A stretch of DNA of 61,243 bases, the filler included, from Chthonomonadaceae bacterium (GTDB lineage: Bacteria; Armatimonadota; Chthonomonadetes; Chthonomonadales; Chthonomonadaceae): the NCBI GenBank assembly GCA_035650735.1. It is 4 parts of 4 records of this genome, joined end to end, with 100 filler letters (N's around TTAATTAATTAA, not from the genome) between each part and the next. Parts side by side here need not be neighbours in the genome. Positions count along the whole stretch, not along the records: positions 1 to 24,561 come from DASRGZ010000135.1; 3 more parts are not named here. One strand, written 5' to 3'. This document shows positions 1 through 9,258 of the stretch, in pieces (the first letter of the stretch is position 1; each line of letters starts with the position of its first letter). The position numbers and the translations under genes were made by a program. Below the pieces are notes generated by a model. The model was not told the DNA's origin. It worked only from the letters and a program-made list of their open reading frames with translations, and made no database searches.

Positions 1-340
1 CGCCAACGGTATCCCTACCCTTATAAGCCCCCCCGGCCCCCTTCCCTGCGAACGTAGTGAGCGCATCAGGGAGGGGGGGACCCGGCTTCGCTTCTCCCTT
101 CTCCCTGGCAGGGAGAAGGGCCGGGGAGGAGGTCTCTCCCCTCTCCCGCAGCGCCGGGAGAGGGGCCGAGGGTAAGGGCCACAACCATATCCGGTCGGGT
201 CCCTCCCTTCCCTTGTAGGGTCGCAAGGCGGAGGCCCGAACCATTGCAGGGCCGACCCTAGCAATCCGTTGTAGGCCCGACCCTTGCAGTGGGGGCTGGG
301 GGTTAGGTCAGGAAGGGCCGGGGGTGAGGGCGATTTTCAC
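1..340. repeat. Cluster of palindromic REP-like intergenic repeats (CCCTCTCCC...GGGAGAGGG type plus GCAAGGCGGAGG / CCGACCCTTGCAGT units)
   Basis: Several GC-rich inverted repeats; the same motifs recur at 13853-13935, 17385-17567, 26385-26430, 40133-40660 and 44757-45150. Confidence 0.8.
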
Positions 341-344
341 CTCC

Positions 345-1214
345 TCACAGCCGGATACGGGAGGCGAATTCCGGCACGCCCTGAACGCCCTGGCGCAAGC
401 GGAACAGCGCGCCGGCCCCCGGCCCATCCGTCTCCTTCTGGTCGCCGCCCGCCGTCGTGACATACATATCGGTATAGTCTTCTCCGCCAAAGGTGACGCT
501 GGAGACCTTGCGTGCCGGGAAGGGAATACGCAATACCTCCGTGCCGTCCGGGGCGTAGCGCACCAGGCAGCCCCCATCCCAGAAGGCCGACCAGACGTAG
601 CCTTCCGCATCCACCGCCATGCCGTCGGGCAGCGCGCCCTCTTCTCCCACACGCACGAAGAGCCGCCGGTTGGAGAGGCTGCCGGTTGCCTGGTCGTAGT
701 CGAACAGATAGATCTCCTGCTTCAGCGAGTCGGTATAGTACATGCGCTTGCGGTCGGGCGTGAAGCCCATGCCGTTAGAGCAGAGCACGCCGTCGAGCAG
801 CTGGGTCAGCGTGCCATCGGTGTCCAACCGGTAGAGCCGTCCCGTCGCGTTGCCCTCCTCGCGCGGCACCGTCCCGCAGAAGACACGGCCTGCCGGGTCG
901 GCGATGACGTCGTTAAAGGTGGCTTCGCGCTCTGCGGGGATCTCCTCCACGAGCGTCGTCAATTCGCCTTCCCGCCAGAACTTGATCGCGCCGCCCCCCA
1001 TGAAGAGTAGCAGGGCGCCGTCGGCCTGCACGGTAAACCCGCCCACGGATGCGCCCTCGTAGCACTGTTCGTGCTGGCCCGTCGCCGGGTCGTAGCGGAA
1101 CATGCGGCCCGTCGCGATGTCGGTCCAGTAGACCCGTTTCTCGTTCGGGTGCCATAACGGCCCCTCCCCCACAACACATTGATAGTCGGCAATCAGTTCC
1201 GGTTCTGTGTTCAT
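345..1214 (-). CDS. SMP-30/gluconolactonase/LRE family protein (sugar lactone lactonase)
   Basis: Motifs GEGPLW, FNDVIADPAGR, SNGMGF, PDGMAVDAEG; ATG at 1214, alternative GTG at 1223 sits 7 nt from GGAGG. Confidence 0.92.
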   Translation of the reverse strand: MNTEPELIADYQCVVGEGPLWHPNEKRVYWTDIATGRMFRYDPATGQHEQCYEGASVGGFTVQADGALLLFMGGGAIKFWREGELTTLVEEIPAEREATFNDVIADPAGRVFCGTVPREEGNATGRLYRLDTDGTLTQLLDGVLCSNGMGFTPDRKRMYYTDSLKQEIYLFDYDQATGSLSNRRLFVRVGEEGALPDGMAVDAEGYVWSAFWDGGCLVRYAPDGTEVLRIPFPARKVSSVTFGGEDYTDMYVTTAGGDQKETDGPGAGALFRLRQGVQGVPEFASRIRL

Positions 1215-1247
1215 CTCGCTCACCCCAAAGCCTCCGCTAGAAGTCCC

Positions 1248-1409
1248 TATTTGCTCCCTTGCAGCGTGGGAAGCTCGTCTACCCGGCACGCGCGCCTCGC
1301 GGGGGGCATATTTGCTCCCTTGCAGCGTGGGAAGCTCCCTTAACCACCTAGCTACCTAGAACCGCAGCACCTAGAGTTCCTTATTGCTCCCTTGAAGCAT
1401 AGGAAGGAT
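1248..1409. repeat. Three direct repeats of 29 nt (TATTTGCTCCCTTGCAGCGTGGGAAGCTC twice, third copy degenerate)
   Basis: Identical copies at 1248-1276 and 1309-1337 (32-nt spacer); degenerate copy at 1381-1409 (43-nt spacer). Confidence 0.85.
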
Positions 1410-1433
1410 AACATGCCATATTTGGTGTGTCAA
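1405..1433 (-). promoter_or_regulatory. Sigma70-type promoter for the lactonase gene
   Basis: Minus strand reads TTGACA-N17-TATCCT with a TG extended -10. Confidence 0.65.
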
Positions 1434-1515
1434 GTTCCTCTGTGCGTTTTGCGGTCTAACTTTCCCCAAGCCAGCCGCTGAGTCTCAGACTATGGTTAAG
1501 TGAGGCGCTGCCGGT

Positions 1516-1531
1516 TGGCATGTTTCTTGCA
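1516..1531 (+). promoter_or_regulatory. Sigma54 (-24/-12) promoter upstream of the PEP-CTERM gene
   Basis: TGGCAT-GTTTC-TTGCA with exact GG-N10-GC spacing. Confidence 0.7.
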
Positions 1532-1593
1532 ACAAACTCCCGTACAGGCTACCTTGCATACGGCGCGGAGTTTTTGCACGCCTGCACCACAGG

Positions 1594-1690
1594 AGTCTCC
1601 AGAGTACTGTAGGCTTCCTGGCGAGAGGCGCGCTTGCGGGGGTGGGGCGCAGCAGAACTCCAGTCTCCAGAGTACTGTAGGCTTCCTGGC
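1594..1690 (+). repeat. Perfect 29-nt direct repeat pair in the PEP-CTERM leader
   Basis: AGTCTCCAGAGTACTGTAGGCTTCCTGGC at 1594-1622 and 1662-1690; second copy lies just upstream of the RBS AAGGAG. Confidence 0.85.
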
Positions 1691-1707
1691 TGAAAGGAGA
1701 AAGCATC

Positions 1708-2265
1708 ATGACTTGTGGTAAGGGCAAGCCTCTGCTGTTCCTCCTGGCTCTCACGCTCGTCAGCCTTCCGCAGTTTGCGGTGGCCCAGACCCCCTACGTC
1801 GGCTCGGAATCGGGCAGTTTTACATTGAGCCTAACGTCTGCGACGACCGCCCATGCCAACGCCACTGCTACCGGCTCAGACAATTTCGGCAGCTTTACTT
1901 CCGTCATAACTGCCGACCTGGACCTCAGCAATCCGAGCTTGAACATCGTCTCCAACGGCACCTTTGATCGCACCTATGTCGACGGCACGATCTTCGGGAC
2001 CTTCACTGGAACCCTCAGTCCCACCAGCGCGACAACAGCCACTTTCACCCTGCCTTTCCTGGTGACGGGTGGCACAGGCCACTTCGCCGGGATCACAGGA
2101 AGCGGGCTTGAAGAGGGAAATGCTACCTTTACCGGCCCGCTCCGCGCCGATTTCACGTCGAGCTTCCGCGCGACCGTTGTGCCGGAACCGGGCACACTGG
2201 CGCTGCTGGCAGGCAGCCTATTCACGGGCAGCCTGATGTCTTTACGGCGTCGGCGCCATCGCTAG
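1708..2265 (+). CDS. PEP-CTERM sorting domain protein
   Basis: Signal peptide, Ser/Thr/Gly-rich body, C-terminal VPEPG + hydrophobic helix + RRRRHR; RBS AAGGAG. Confidence 0.92.
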   Translation: MTCGKGKPLLFLLALTLVSLPQFAVAQTPYVGSESGSFTLSLTSATTAHANATATGSDNFGSFTSVITADLDLSNPSLNIVSNGTFDRTYVDGTIFGTFTGTLSPTSATTATFTLPFLVTGGTGHFAGITGSGLEEGNATFTGPLRADFTSSFRATVVPEPGTLALLAGSLFTGSLMSLRRRRHR

Positions 2266-2351
2266 TTCGCTTTTGTCCTCCTTTCCCAGAGCCGCCTGAG
2301 GATTTCCCACCGGGCCTTTTCAACGCGACTCCAGTGCGTTGGGAGAACAGA

Positions 2352-5162
2352 ATGAGAGCACGTCGGGGCCTCTCGCGCCGTGAATTCATGCAGGAGGCGG
2401 CCCTGCTGGCCGGAGGCGTGGCGGCAGCGCCGTTGCTGGAAAGCGAGAGCGGGAAGCAGCCTGCGCCCGCTGCGCCGGATTCTGCCGCTTCCGAAGACTG
2501 GCCGATGCCCCGGCATGACCGCCGCCTGACCAATCGCTCCGGGCTGAAAGGCGCGCTCCAGGACGCCCCCCGCGAGCTATGGCGGCTGAACACGGGATTC
2601 TGGACAGGCGACCTGGAGGTTGTGGCCGCGCCGGAGGCGGGCACGGTCCCTCGGAACATGACGGTCGGGGCGGCGTCGGAAGCGCAGGCAAAGTCGGCGG
2701 AGGGGCGCAGGCAAGTCCTGTGGCACAGCCGAATGCTGGACGTGGCCGGTTCCGGCACGCCGGTTGCCGTGGGCGCAGGCTACTGGGGCGCGCTCCTGCC
2801 GGGGCGGAAGGGCCTACAACGGGTCGCCTGGACGAGCGTCTGGGGAGATAGCCCCTCGCAATTGCAGTGCTTTTCCTACGAAAACGGCCTGGAACACCCC
2901 CGATTGGAGTGGGAGACAGCCCCGGAAACAACGGTCTATGCCCCGCAGACCCTGCTCGCGGACGTGAACGGCGACGGCAAGAGGGAAGTGGTGTGTGCCA
3001 TGCACTACCGCATCCTCATCTACGAGGGGGCGACGGGCAGAAAGCTGCACGAGCTCCGCTACCATCGCCTGCGCAACTACGGCTTCTTCGGCCTCTTTTT
3101 CGAGCCGGGCGACCCCTACGCCAAGTTCGTCAACATTAGCGATTTCGCCAACCACTTTGATGTCGTCAACTTCGATGGCGGGGGGCTGCTGGTGGCGTTC
3201 CGGCGCGACATCGAGGGAACGCAGGACGGCGGCATCGAGCGCCACACTAAAATCGTCCGGCCCGGCCCGAACCCTCTGGAAGACATTGACGGCGACGGCC
3301 ACGCCGAGATGACCTTCAACCTCTTCAATGACGAGGGCGACGGCAAGTGGCATGTCATGTCCTACCAGCCCCTCACCGGCACGGTCAAGCTCAACCTGGC
3401 GGGACACTATCTCGTCGGTATCTATGACGTGGACGGCTGCGGCTTTCCCGAACTGCTCTGCCAGACGGTCTCCGCGCGCCACATGACCGGCTGGCACGGC
3501 CTACGAATCGTCAAGCTTCGGAACGGCAGCATCCAGGATCTTTTCGCGACCAAGCGCGCGCGCTTCGGCACGTTCGACCTCGCCTACTTGCCGCCGACCG
3601 CCGACACGGGCGCGGCGGGCGGACGCACAACGGCAGCCGCCGGGCGCATCGGCCCGCAGGGTGAGCCGGGATTCGTTGTCTTACGCCCGGACGCGGACTT
3701 GCAGCCGGCACGCGCGGAGGCTGCCATCTGGCGCGATGGCGGTTTTGCGCCCGGCTGGGAAGTCGCTGCGCCGAGCGGCGGCGCGATAGCGATACAGGGA
3801 GTGCAGGGCCGGGAGTACGGTGAGAGCGTGCCGCCACACACGCCTGCCCCTGTGCTTCTGAATATCTCCAGCCCGGCCTCAACGGCAGTCGTCACGGTGC
3901 AGGGCGCGAGCGTCCGCACGTTAAGCTGGCAGGCGCGAGCAGTGCTGGCTCCGCTCCCGGTCGTGGTGACGGCAGGCAAGCGCAAAATCCTGGTCACAGA
4001 GATGAGCAGCAATCGCGTTGCCGCGTATGCGCTCTCCTCGCAGTCGGAGCCGCCCCGGCTGCTCTGGGAGCGTCCGGGCCGGGGTATGGCGACGGGAAGC
4101 GGGCGCCCCGGAGGCATTGCCGCCGGAGATGTGGACGGCGATGGCCGCCCGGAGGTCGTCTTTGCGGCGCAGGATGGACGCACGGGCGCGGCGGCTCTTC
4201 TCGCCGTGGACATGAACGGCCACACGCGCTGGAAGCGCGTCTTCTCCGGCTTCGACAGCGACCGCCCGCAGTGGAATATGGGCGGGCTGACCCTCTGGAC
4301 TCTCGCGCATCTGACCGAGGCCGGGCGGCTCGACGTCTATGTCAACACCCGCCGCAGCACCATGCACAGCGATGAGAGCGTCGTTCTCCATGGGCGGACG
4401 GGCGCGGTGGTCTGGGCGGGGGATGCCGTGCCGGTGAACGATGTGCCCAAATGGGGATTCGGCGGGACGCTGGTGGCCTGCGCGGACTTGCAGGGCAGCG
4501 GGTTAGAGCAGATCATCTCCGAATACCCGGTGGTCTACTATGTCGTGGATGGGCGCAGCGGTCGCTTTCTCCGCACGGTGGATTTGGCGGCGCAGACCGT
4601 GCTGCCCGGATGGGCCGCCTATGGGGTTCCGGTCGTGGCGGACTTTCTGGGCAGCGGCCAGTGGCAGGTGCTCGTGCCGTCGCCCTATGTCTACGGCCTT
4701 CTGACGCCGGAGGGCAAAGCGCTCTGGAGCGCACCCACGAAACGGGACGGCCTGCCGGATGCCGGTGTCAGCGGCTGTGAGGTAGGCGACTTCGACGGCG
4801 ACGGGCGGCTGGAGGTCGCCCGGTTGTTTATCTCCGCGTCGGCACCGGAGCGCACCCTGCTGGAGCTTCTCGACGGAGCGACCGGCAAGCCAAAAGGAAA
4901 CCCGTTCCTCCATGCACAGGCCCGCCTCCAGGGGGCGGTTGTCGCGGACCTGAACGGCGACGGGGCGGACGAGCTCCTACTGCGAACCGAGCCGAATACC
5001 GTGGGCGCGTTGAGCATGAATCGCGGAGAACCGAGATTGGTGTGGCAATTTCGGCTGCCCGCCGAGCCGGTACGCGCGATTGTTGCCGATGTCAACAGTG
5101 ACAGGATCGGTGAGCTGGTCGTTGGCTGCGCCGACGGCGCTTTGATCGCCCTCGGAAAATGA
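2352..5162 (+). CDS. Tat-exported FG-GAP/VCBS repeat beta-propeller protein
   Basis: SRREFM twin-arginine signal; about nine DxxGDG-type repeats; WPMPRHD PQQ-propeller-like N-terminal motif. Confidence 0.8.
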   Translation: MRARRGLSRREFMQEAALLAGGVAAAPLLESESGKQPAPAAPDSAASEDWPMPRHDRRLTNRSGLKGALQDAPRELWRLNTGFWTGDLEVVAAPEAGTVPRNMTVGAASEAQAKSAEGRRQVLWHSRMLDVAGSGTPVAVGAGYWGALLPGRKGLQRVAWTSVWGDSPSQLQCFSYENGLEHPRLEWETAPETTVYAPQTLLADVNGDGKREVVCAMHYRILIYEGATGRKLHELRYHRLRNYGFFGLFFEPGDPYAKFVNISDFANHFDVVNFDGGGLLVAFRRDIEGTQDGGIERHTKIVRPGPNPLEDIDGDGHAEMTFNLFNDEGDGKWHVMSYQPLTGTVKLNLAGHYLVGIYDVDGCGFPELLCQTVSARHMTGWHGLRIVKLRNGSIQDLFATKRARFGTFDLAYLPPTADTGAAGGRTTAAAGRIGPQGEPGFVVLRPDADLQPARAEAAIWRDGGFAPGWEVAAPSGGAIAIQGVQGREYGESVPPHTPAPVLLNISSPASTAVVTVQGASVRTLSWQARAVLAPLPVVVTAGKRKILVTEMSSNRVAAYALSSQSEPPRLLWERPGRGMATGSGRPGGIAAGDVDGDGRPEVVFAAQDGRTGAAALLAVDMNGHTRWKRVFSGFDSDRPQWNMGGLTLWTLAHLTEAGRLDVYVNTRRSTMHSDESVVLHGRTGAVVWAGDAVPVNDVPKWGFGGTLVACADLQGSGLEQIISEYPVVYYVVDGRSGRFLRTVDLAAQTVLPGWAAYGVPVVADFLGSGQWQVLVPSPYVYGLLTPEGKALWSAPTKRDGLPDAGVSGCEVGDFDGDGRLEVARLFISASAPERTLLELLDGATGKPKGNPFLHAQARLQGAVVADLNGDGADELLLRTEPNTVGALSMNRGEPRLVWQFRLPAEPVRAIVADVNSDRIGELVVGCADGALIALGK

Positions 5163-5189
5163 GAGTCACCAGAGCGCTTGTGCAGGTTG

Positions 5190-6644
5190 CTAACTCGCCT
5201 CAAGTGATTCTGGGTCCCAGGCGGCGCGCGGGGTGAAGCGCGAGGGATCGAAGGCAAATCCCAGGCCGAACGGCGAATCGACGACGCTGCCGACCTCAAG
5301 CCTACCCTTCTGAATAGCCAGCGTCGCGTAGCCGCGCTCGTGGCGGCGGTACAGGTCCGGGTGATGCGCCAGCACCTGCTCCTGCACCTCTGCGGGCAAC
5401 ATGCTCAGGCCCGTGAAGTAGTGATGCCCGTTGCGCTCGACATGCTCGATCCCCAGGCAGGCCATGACCGCCAGGTCCTGAAGCAAGGCGACCGGGCCGA
5501 CATTGGCCAGGTCCTCGCCGCTGAGAAGGTAGCGCCCTTGTGGATCGGTGCGCTGGCGGTGGGCGATCAGGCAGGCATTGGCGATCCCCTTGAACACCCC
5601 TTTACAGTTCTTGTGGCTAGTGCCGATATAGCCCAGAGCGAGCGCCGTGCGCGCGCTGTCAAGCTGCCCATCTGATTCGTCAATAAGGAGCGGGGGACGA
5701 TGTGGCCAGCGGGCCAGAGCGCGCCCGACCTCCTCGGAGAGCGCGATGTCGCGGTGCAGGGGCTGCTCGACAAACAACAGATGGCTGAGGAAGGGCGCCA
5801 GGGCCGCATCGTGGATCAGCGCGCGCCAGAGCGCCTGGAACGGCTCGACGGCGTGGTACTGCTCGTTGCCGTCGAGCGTGAAGGCATAGTTCGGGACGGC
5901 CTGGCTATCGAGCAAGGAGGCGATGCGCTGTAGGCGGGCGCGGTCTTTCTCCAGGTCGCCATGCAGCTTGATCTTGAAGTGGGTCAGCCCGTAAGCCCGG
6001 ATGCAGGCTTCGAGGGACTGCGGCAGGCCATCATCAATCCGCTCGGCGGCAGGGATATCCTCTTCGCGCAGCGGGTCCCCCAACCCGACGGTATGCCGGG
6101 CGATGAGGGTGCGGCGCGGCCGCTCCGGGAGGAGGCCGGCAGGCGCATGCTCGGCCAACTCCGGGTGTATCTGCCCCAGACGTATCCCCAGCAGGTTCCG
6201 GCGTACCGCCGTGGAGAAGCTGACGCCCTGCGCGCGGCAGAACGCCTCGATTAGCGCGCGCTCAACCAGGCTGACGCCAAAGCTCCACAAAAGCGGCGGA
6301 TAGGTTGTTCCCTGCGCCCAGCGCTCCTGCGCCTGATACGTCTGCTGCCACAGGTCGAACACCGTGGGGGCGCTCTCGATCTGCCGTGCCAGCGCACAGG
6401 CCGACTCGGTGATACGCAGCATATCGGCCCAATCGTCGCGCAGCGACGTGGCGGGATCCTTGGTGAACCACTTGGGCGCCAACCCGTCCGCCGCGACGCC
6501 GGAGTGAAGTTTCCCGTTGATCTCCAGTTCGCAGCGGACGAACAGGTGCGGCAGCGCCGTCATGGAGACGATGCCATAGCGGAAGGGCATGCGCGTGCGC
6601 ATGTTGAGCACGTACAGGTCAGTTTGGCGTAAGCGCAGGCTCAT
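5190..6644 (-). CDS. Enolase-superfamily-like protein of unknown function
   Basis: KIK, LDGNEQ, VEQP and IDESD motifs match the enolase/mandelate-racemase metal-ligand layout. Confidence 0.65.
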   Translation of the reverse strand: MSLRLRQTDLYVLNMRTRMPFRYGIVSMTALPHLFVRCELEINGKLHSGVAADGLAPKWFTKDPATSLRDDWADMLRITESACALARQIESAPTVFDLWQQTYQAQERWAQGTTYPPLLWSFGVSLVERALIEAFCRAQGVSFSTAVRRNLLGIRLGQIHPELAEHAPAGLLPERPRRTLIARHTVGLGDPLREEDIPAAERIDDGLPQSLEACIRAYGLTHFKIKLHGDLEKDRARLQRIASLLDSQAVPNYAFTLDGNEQYHAVEPFQALWRALIHDAALAPFLSHLLFVEQPLHRDIALSEEVGRALARWPHRPPLLIDESDGQLDSARTALALGYIGTSHKNCKGVFKGIANACLIAHRQRTDPQGRYLLSGEDLANVGPVALLQDLAVMACLGIEHVERNGHHYFTGLSMLPAEVQEQVLAHHPDLYRRHERGYATLAIQKGRLEVGSVVDSPFGLGFAFDPSRFTPRAAWDPESLEAS

Positions 6645-6650
6645 GGATGC

Positions 6651-8513
6651 TCAGAACGCCTCCCCGCCGACGGTCGCCAGTGCCTCCGCCACCTGGCCGT
6701 AGGGATGTCCCTCTGCCACCAACTCCACCGCGAACGGCTGCCGTCGGCAGGGGCCGGAGGGCTGGATGGAGAGCGTACAGGAAACCTCTGCGTGGGCCGG
6801 AGCCATCAGCGTAGCCGCTTCGCCCTCCCATCCGGTCGGGCCAACCAGCCGAACCTCCAACGGCGCGCTCCGGGGCAACGGGTTGCGCACGGTTACCTGC
6901 ACTGTGATCGGCCCCGCCTCTTTAAGATGGGTCCGGTAGGGCCAGATCCATCCGCCCCAGCTATCCAGGTTGAAATGGGCCTGATCCGCCTCCAGCGGCA
7001 TAATCAGGCGATGCAGTTCCGCGTAGTCCCGGTTCCAGCCCTGGATATGCGCGAAGAAGTGGGAATCGGTGAACATCGGGGGCTGGTGCCCCTGGAGCAC
7101 GATGTCCGGCCGCCAGTCCAGCATCCAGCGGCCACTTTGCGCATAGCCATCCAGCAAGGCCCCGTTGCGATAGACGTGGTTCTGCGACCGCGCATTGTTC
7201 TGGAAGTCTTCCACCCCATTGATAAAAAAGTACTGGTCGCCGGTATGGGCGAAGCGCCTGCCGTCGGCCTCAAAGCCGATCAGCGCCGAGAAGCGCGTGT
7301 GCCCGTTCATCGGATGCAGGTGGAACGTGTACTCCTCCCAGGTGAACGGCTCCTCCAGCGGCAGGCGGCGATCTATCCGCGCGGGCACAGGCCAGTTGCA
7401 GGGAAAACAGTGGGCCTGTGGATAAGCGAGCAGGTCGGCGAAGTTGGCGGCAGCCCAGCATTGGGTGCCAAAGACCCGCTGCAAGACCGGGATGCCGCAG
7501 ACGTGATCATCGTGGAAGTGGCTGACCAGCACCACGTCAATTCTCTCAATGCCGAACTGCTGCTTGAGGCCTTCCAGCCCGTGCAGCAGGGCGCGGCGGC
7601 GCTCGGGCTTGGGATAGCCGGACCAGGCACAGGTGATTGTGTTGTAGCCGTAGTCAATGGCAAGGGCTTTGCCGGAGTCGCTGAGGAGATACCAGGTATT
7701 GGCCATGGAGTGGGTATCCAGCCAGACATGATCGGTCACCTTTTGCAGGGAGGGCGTATCGAGCTCCTGCAACTGTTCGGCCATGCCCGGACGCACGGCG
7801 ACGAGCTTGCGCAGGTTCTCCTGCAACAGGGCCAGGGCTTCGTCGGCGTTCTGGCAGATGGGCTCACCCAGGCTGGGCAGCAGGGCGTCAGGCTTGTAGG
7901 CGCGCAGGAGGCGGGCAGAGTAGTCGCATTGCACGACGCCGGAGAGGTCGTTGTAGTTGTATTGCAGCGGCGCGACGCGGGCCAGCCGCCCTGGCGAGTG
8001 GATGGCCTCCCCGCAGAAGACGACCCGCTGCCCGTTCGGCAGCGTGATGCCAAGCCCGGCCTGGGTCAGCGTCACTCCCGGCAGCGGGATCACTTCCACG
8101 TCCAGGCCGGCCAGGCTCAAACGGTCGTAATCGCGCAGCACTCCGGTCACCGGCACGCCCTCGATGGGCGCAAACAGATCCCAGAGGTTGTCGTAGAGGA
8201 TATAGGTCTCTCGCTGGCGGAAGTGCTGAGCGGGATCGGCGAAGATAGCCTGCTCTCCCGCAGGCACATAAATGGGGATGCCTGCCTGGGACGCCTGGAG
8301 TGCCCCGGCGGCATGGTCGCGGAAATAGTGCGTACAGGCCAGGGTACAGGGCTTGTGGGGCAATTCCTCCAGGTGCGAGAGCCACCGGCCCGTGCCCGCG
8401 TTGATGATCAGAAGGCCGGTCTGGCCTTCTACGGCGTAGACGTTGCAGCTATCGCGGAATAACCACACGCCAGGCAGTACCGTAATCCATTTCCTAGGGC
8501 CGTTCTCTTCCAT
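6651..8513 (-). CDS. Two-domain MBL-fold metallo-hydrolase
   Basis: Degenerate THYFRDH in domain 1, SHFHDDH + GHT + TGD in domain 2; RBS AGGAGG. Confidence 0.8.
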   Translation of the reverse strand: MEENGPRKWITVLPGVWLFRDSCNVYAVEGQTGLLIINAGTGRWLSHLEELPHKPCTLACTHYFRDHAAGALQASQAGIPIYVPAGEQAIFADPAQHFRQRETYILYDNLWDLFAPIEGVPVTGVLRDYDRLSLAGLDVEVIPLPGVTLTQAGLGITLPNGQRVVFCGEAIHSPGRLARVAPLQYNYNDLSGVVQCDYSARLLRAYKPDALLPSLGEPICQNADEALALLQENLRKLVAVRPGMAEQLQELDTPSLQKVTDHVWLDTHSMANTWYLLSDSGKALAIDYGYNTITCAWSGYPKPERRRALLHGLEGLKQQFGIERIDVVLVSHFHDDHVCGIPVLQRVFGTQCWAAANFADLLAYPQAHCFPCNWPVPARIDRRLPLEEPFTWEEYTFHLHPMNGHTRFSALIGFEADGRRFAHTGDQYFFINGVEDFQNNARSQNHVYRNGALLDGYAQSGRWMLDWRPDIVLQGHQPPMFTDSHFFAHIQGWNRDYAELHRLIMPLEADQAHFNLDSWGGWIWPYRTHLKEAGPITVQVTVRNPLPRSAPLEVRLVGPTGWEGEAATLMAPAHAEVSCTLSIQPSGPCRRQPFAVELVAEGHPYGQVAEALATVGGEAF

Positions 8514-8567
8514 GCGTTAAGCCTCCTGTTTAGAGGTCGCGCCCCGATACGTCCGGAAACGGCGCGT

Positions 8568-8899
8568 TCACAGCGTCGCCTGCCACTTTCGATACTCTTC
8601 CATCACCTGCTCGCGCGAGCAGCGCGGTCGCAAGACGGCCCGTGCCTTGAAGCCATACTCCTGGAGTACTTCGTACTTGGGCACGATGAACTGAAAGTCC
8701 CAGGCGGGGTTCGTCGTCTGCCGCGCCGCGTTCAGACCGCCGCATTAAGCCCGGCAACGGTCGGTACGAAGAGGCTCCGGGAGCCAGACACATGGCGAAG
8801 GCTCCACAGGCCGTTGTAGCCTGCGCGATGATCCTCGTGGGCCTGGTTGTCGCCTATTACCGCGACAAGATCACCCGCCTGGAAGGTTGCATGGGCCAT
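8568..8899 (-). pseudogene. Internally deleted, frameshifted hypothetical gene (N- and C-terminal fragments joined out of frame)
   Basis: RBS + ATG 8899 gives MAHATFQAGDLVAVIGDN...HRAGYNGLWSL...LFVPTVAGLNAAV* (stop 8732); another frame gives GGLNAARQTTNPAWDFQFIVPKYEV...WQATL* (stop 8568); both look protein-like. Confidence 0.6.
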
Positions 8900-9258
8900 G
8901 AATATTTTCCCTCCCTGCCTGCCGATCTGCCCTGCCCAGCAAAACGGTAAGTATATAACCCAAGTTGCTACCTAGGAACACGTTTGAGAGAGAATCGCTC
9001 TGGAAACCGGCTTTTGCATCACCGTTTGCCTTCTCGAAGAGGCAAGGTAGCAACTTGAGTTATATACCCTGATGCCAATCGGGTTCCCTTCTGAAGATGC
9101 AACAAAAATCGGGCAGGAACTTCCAGAGAGGTCGCGAAGGTTATCTCTTGAGCCTGTTGGCGCTTTGCCACAGCAAACGTGAGCAGGGGACAGTCGTGCT
9201 TTAGCCGATAGGGAACTGCTTCTCCTGCTCAGACGGGCCTGCACGCGCCAGTACGCAT

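Noticed and set aside
1248..1409. CRISPR array call
   Set aside because: Only two exact repeats plus one degenerate, unequal spacers (32 and 43 nt), no cas genes in the window; kept as a repeat finding
6705..8462. 585-aa plus-strand ORF and similar long antisense ORFs (11534-12814, 14356-15495, 40607-41845, 46385-47884, 52688-53827)
   Set aside because: Shadow frames opposite well-supported genes, expected at high GC; no recognisable motifs
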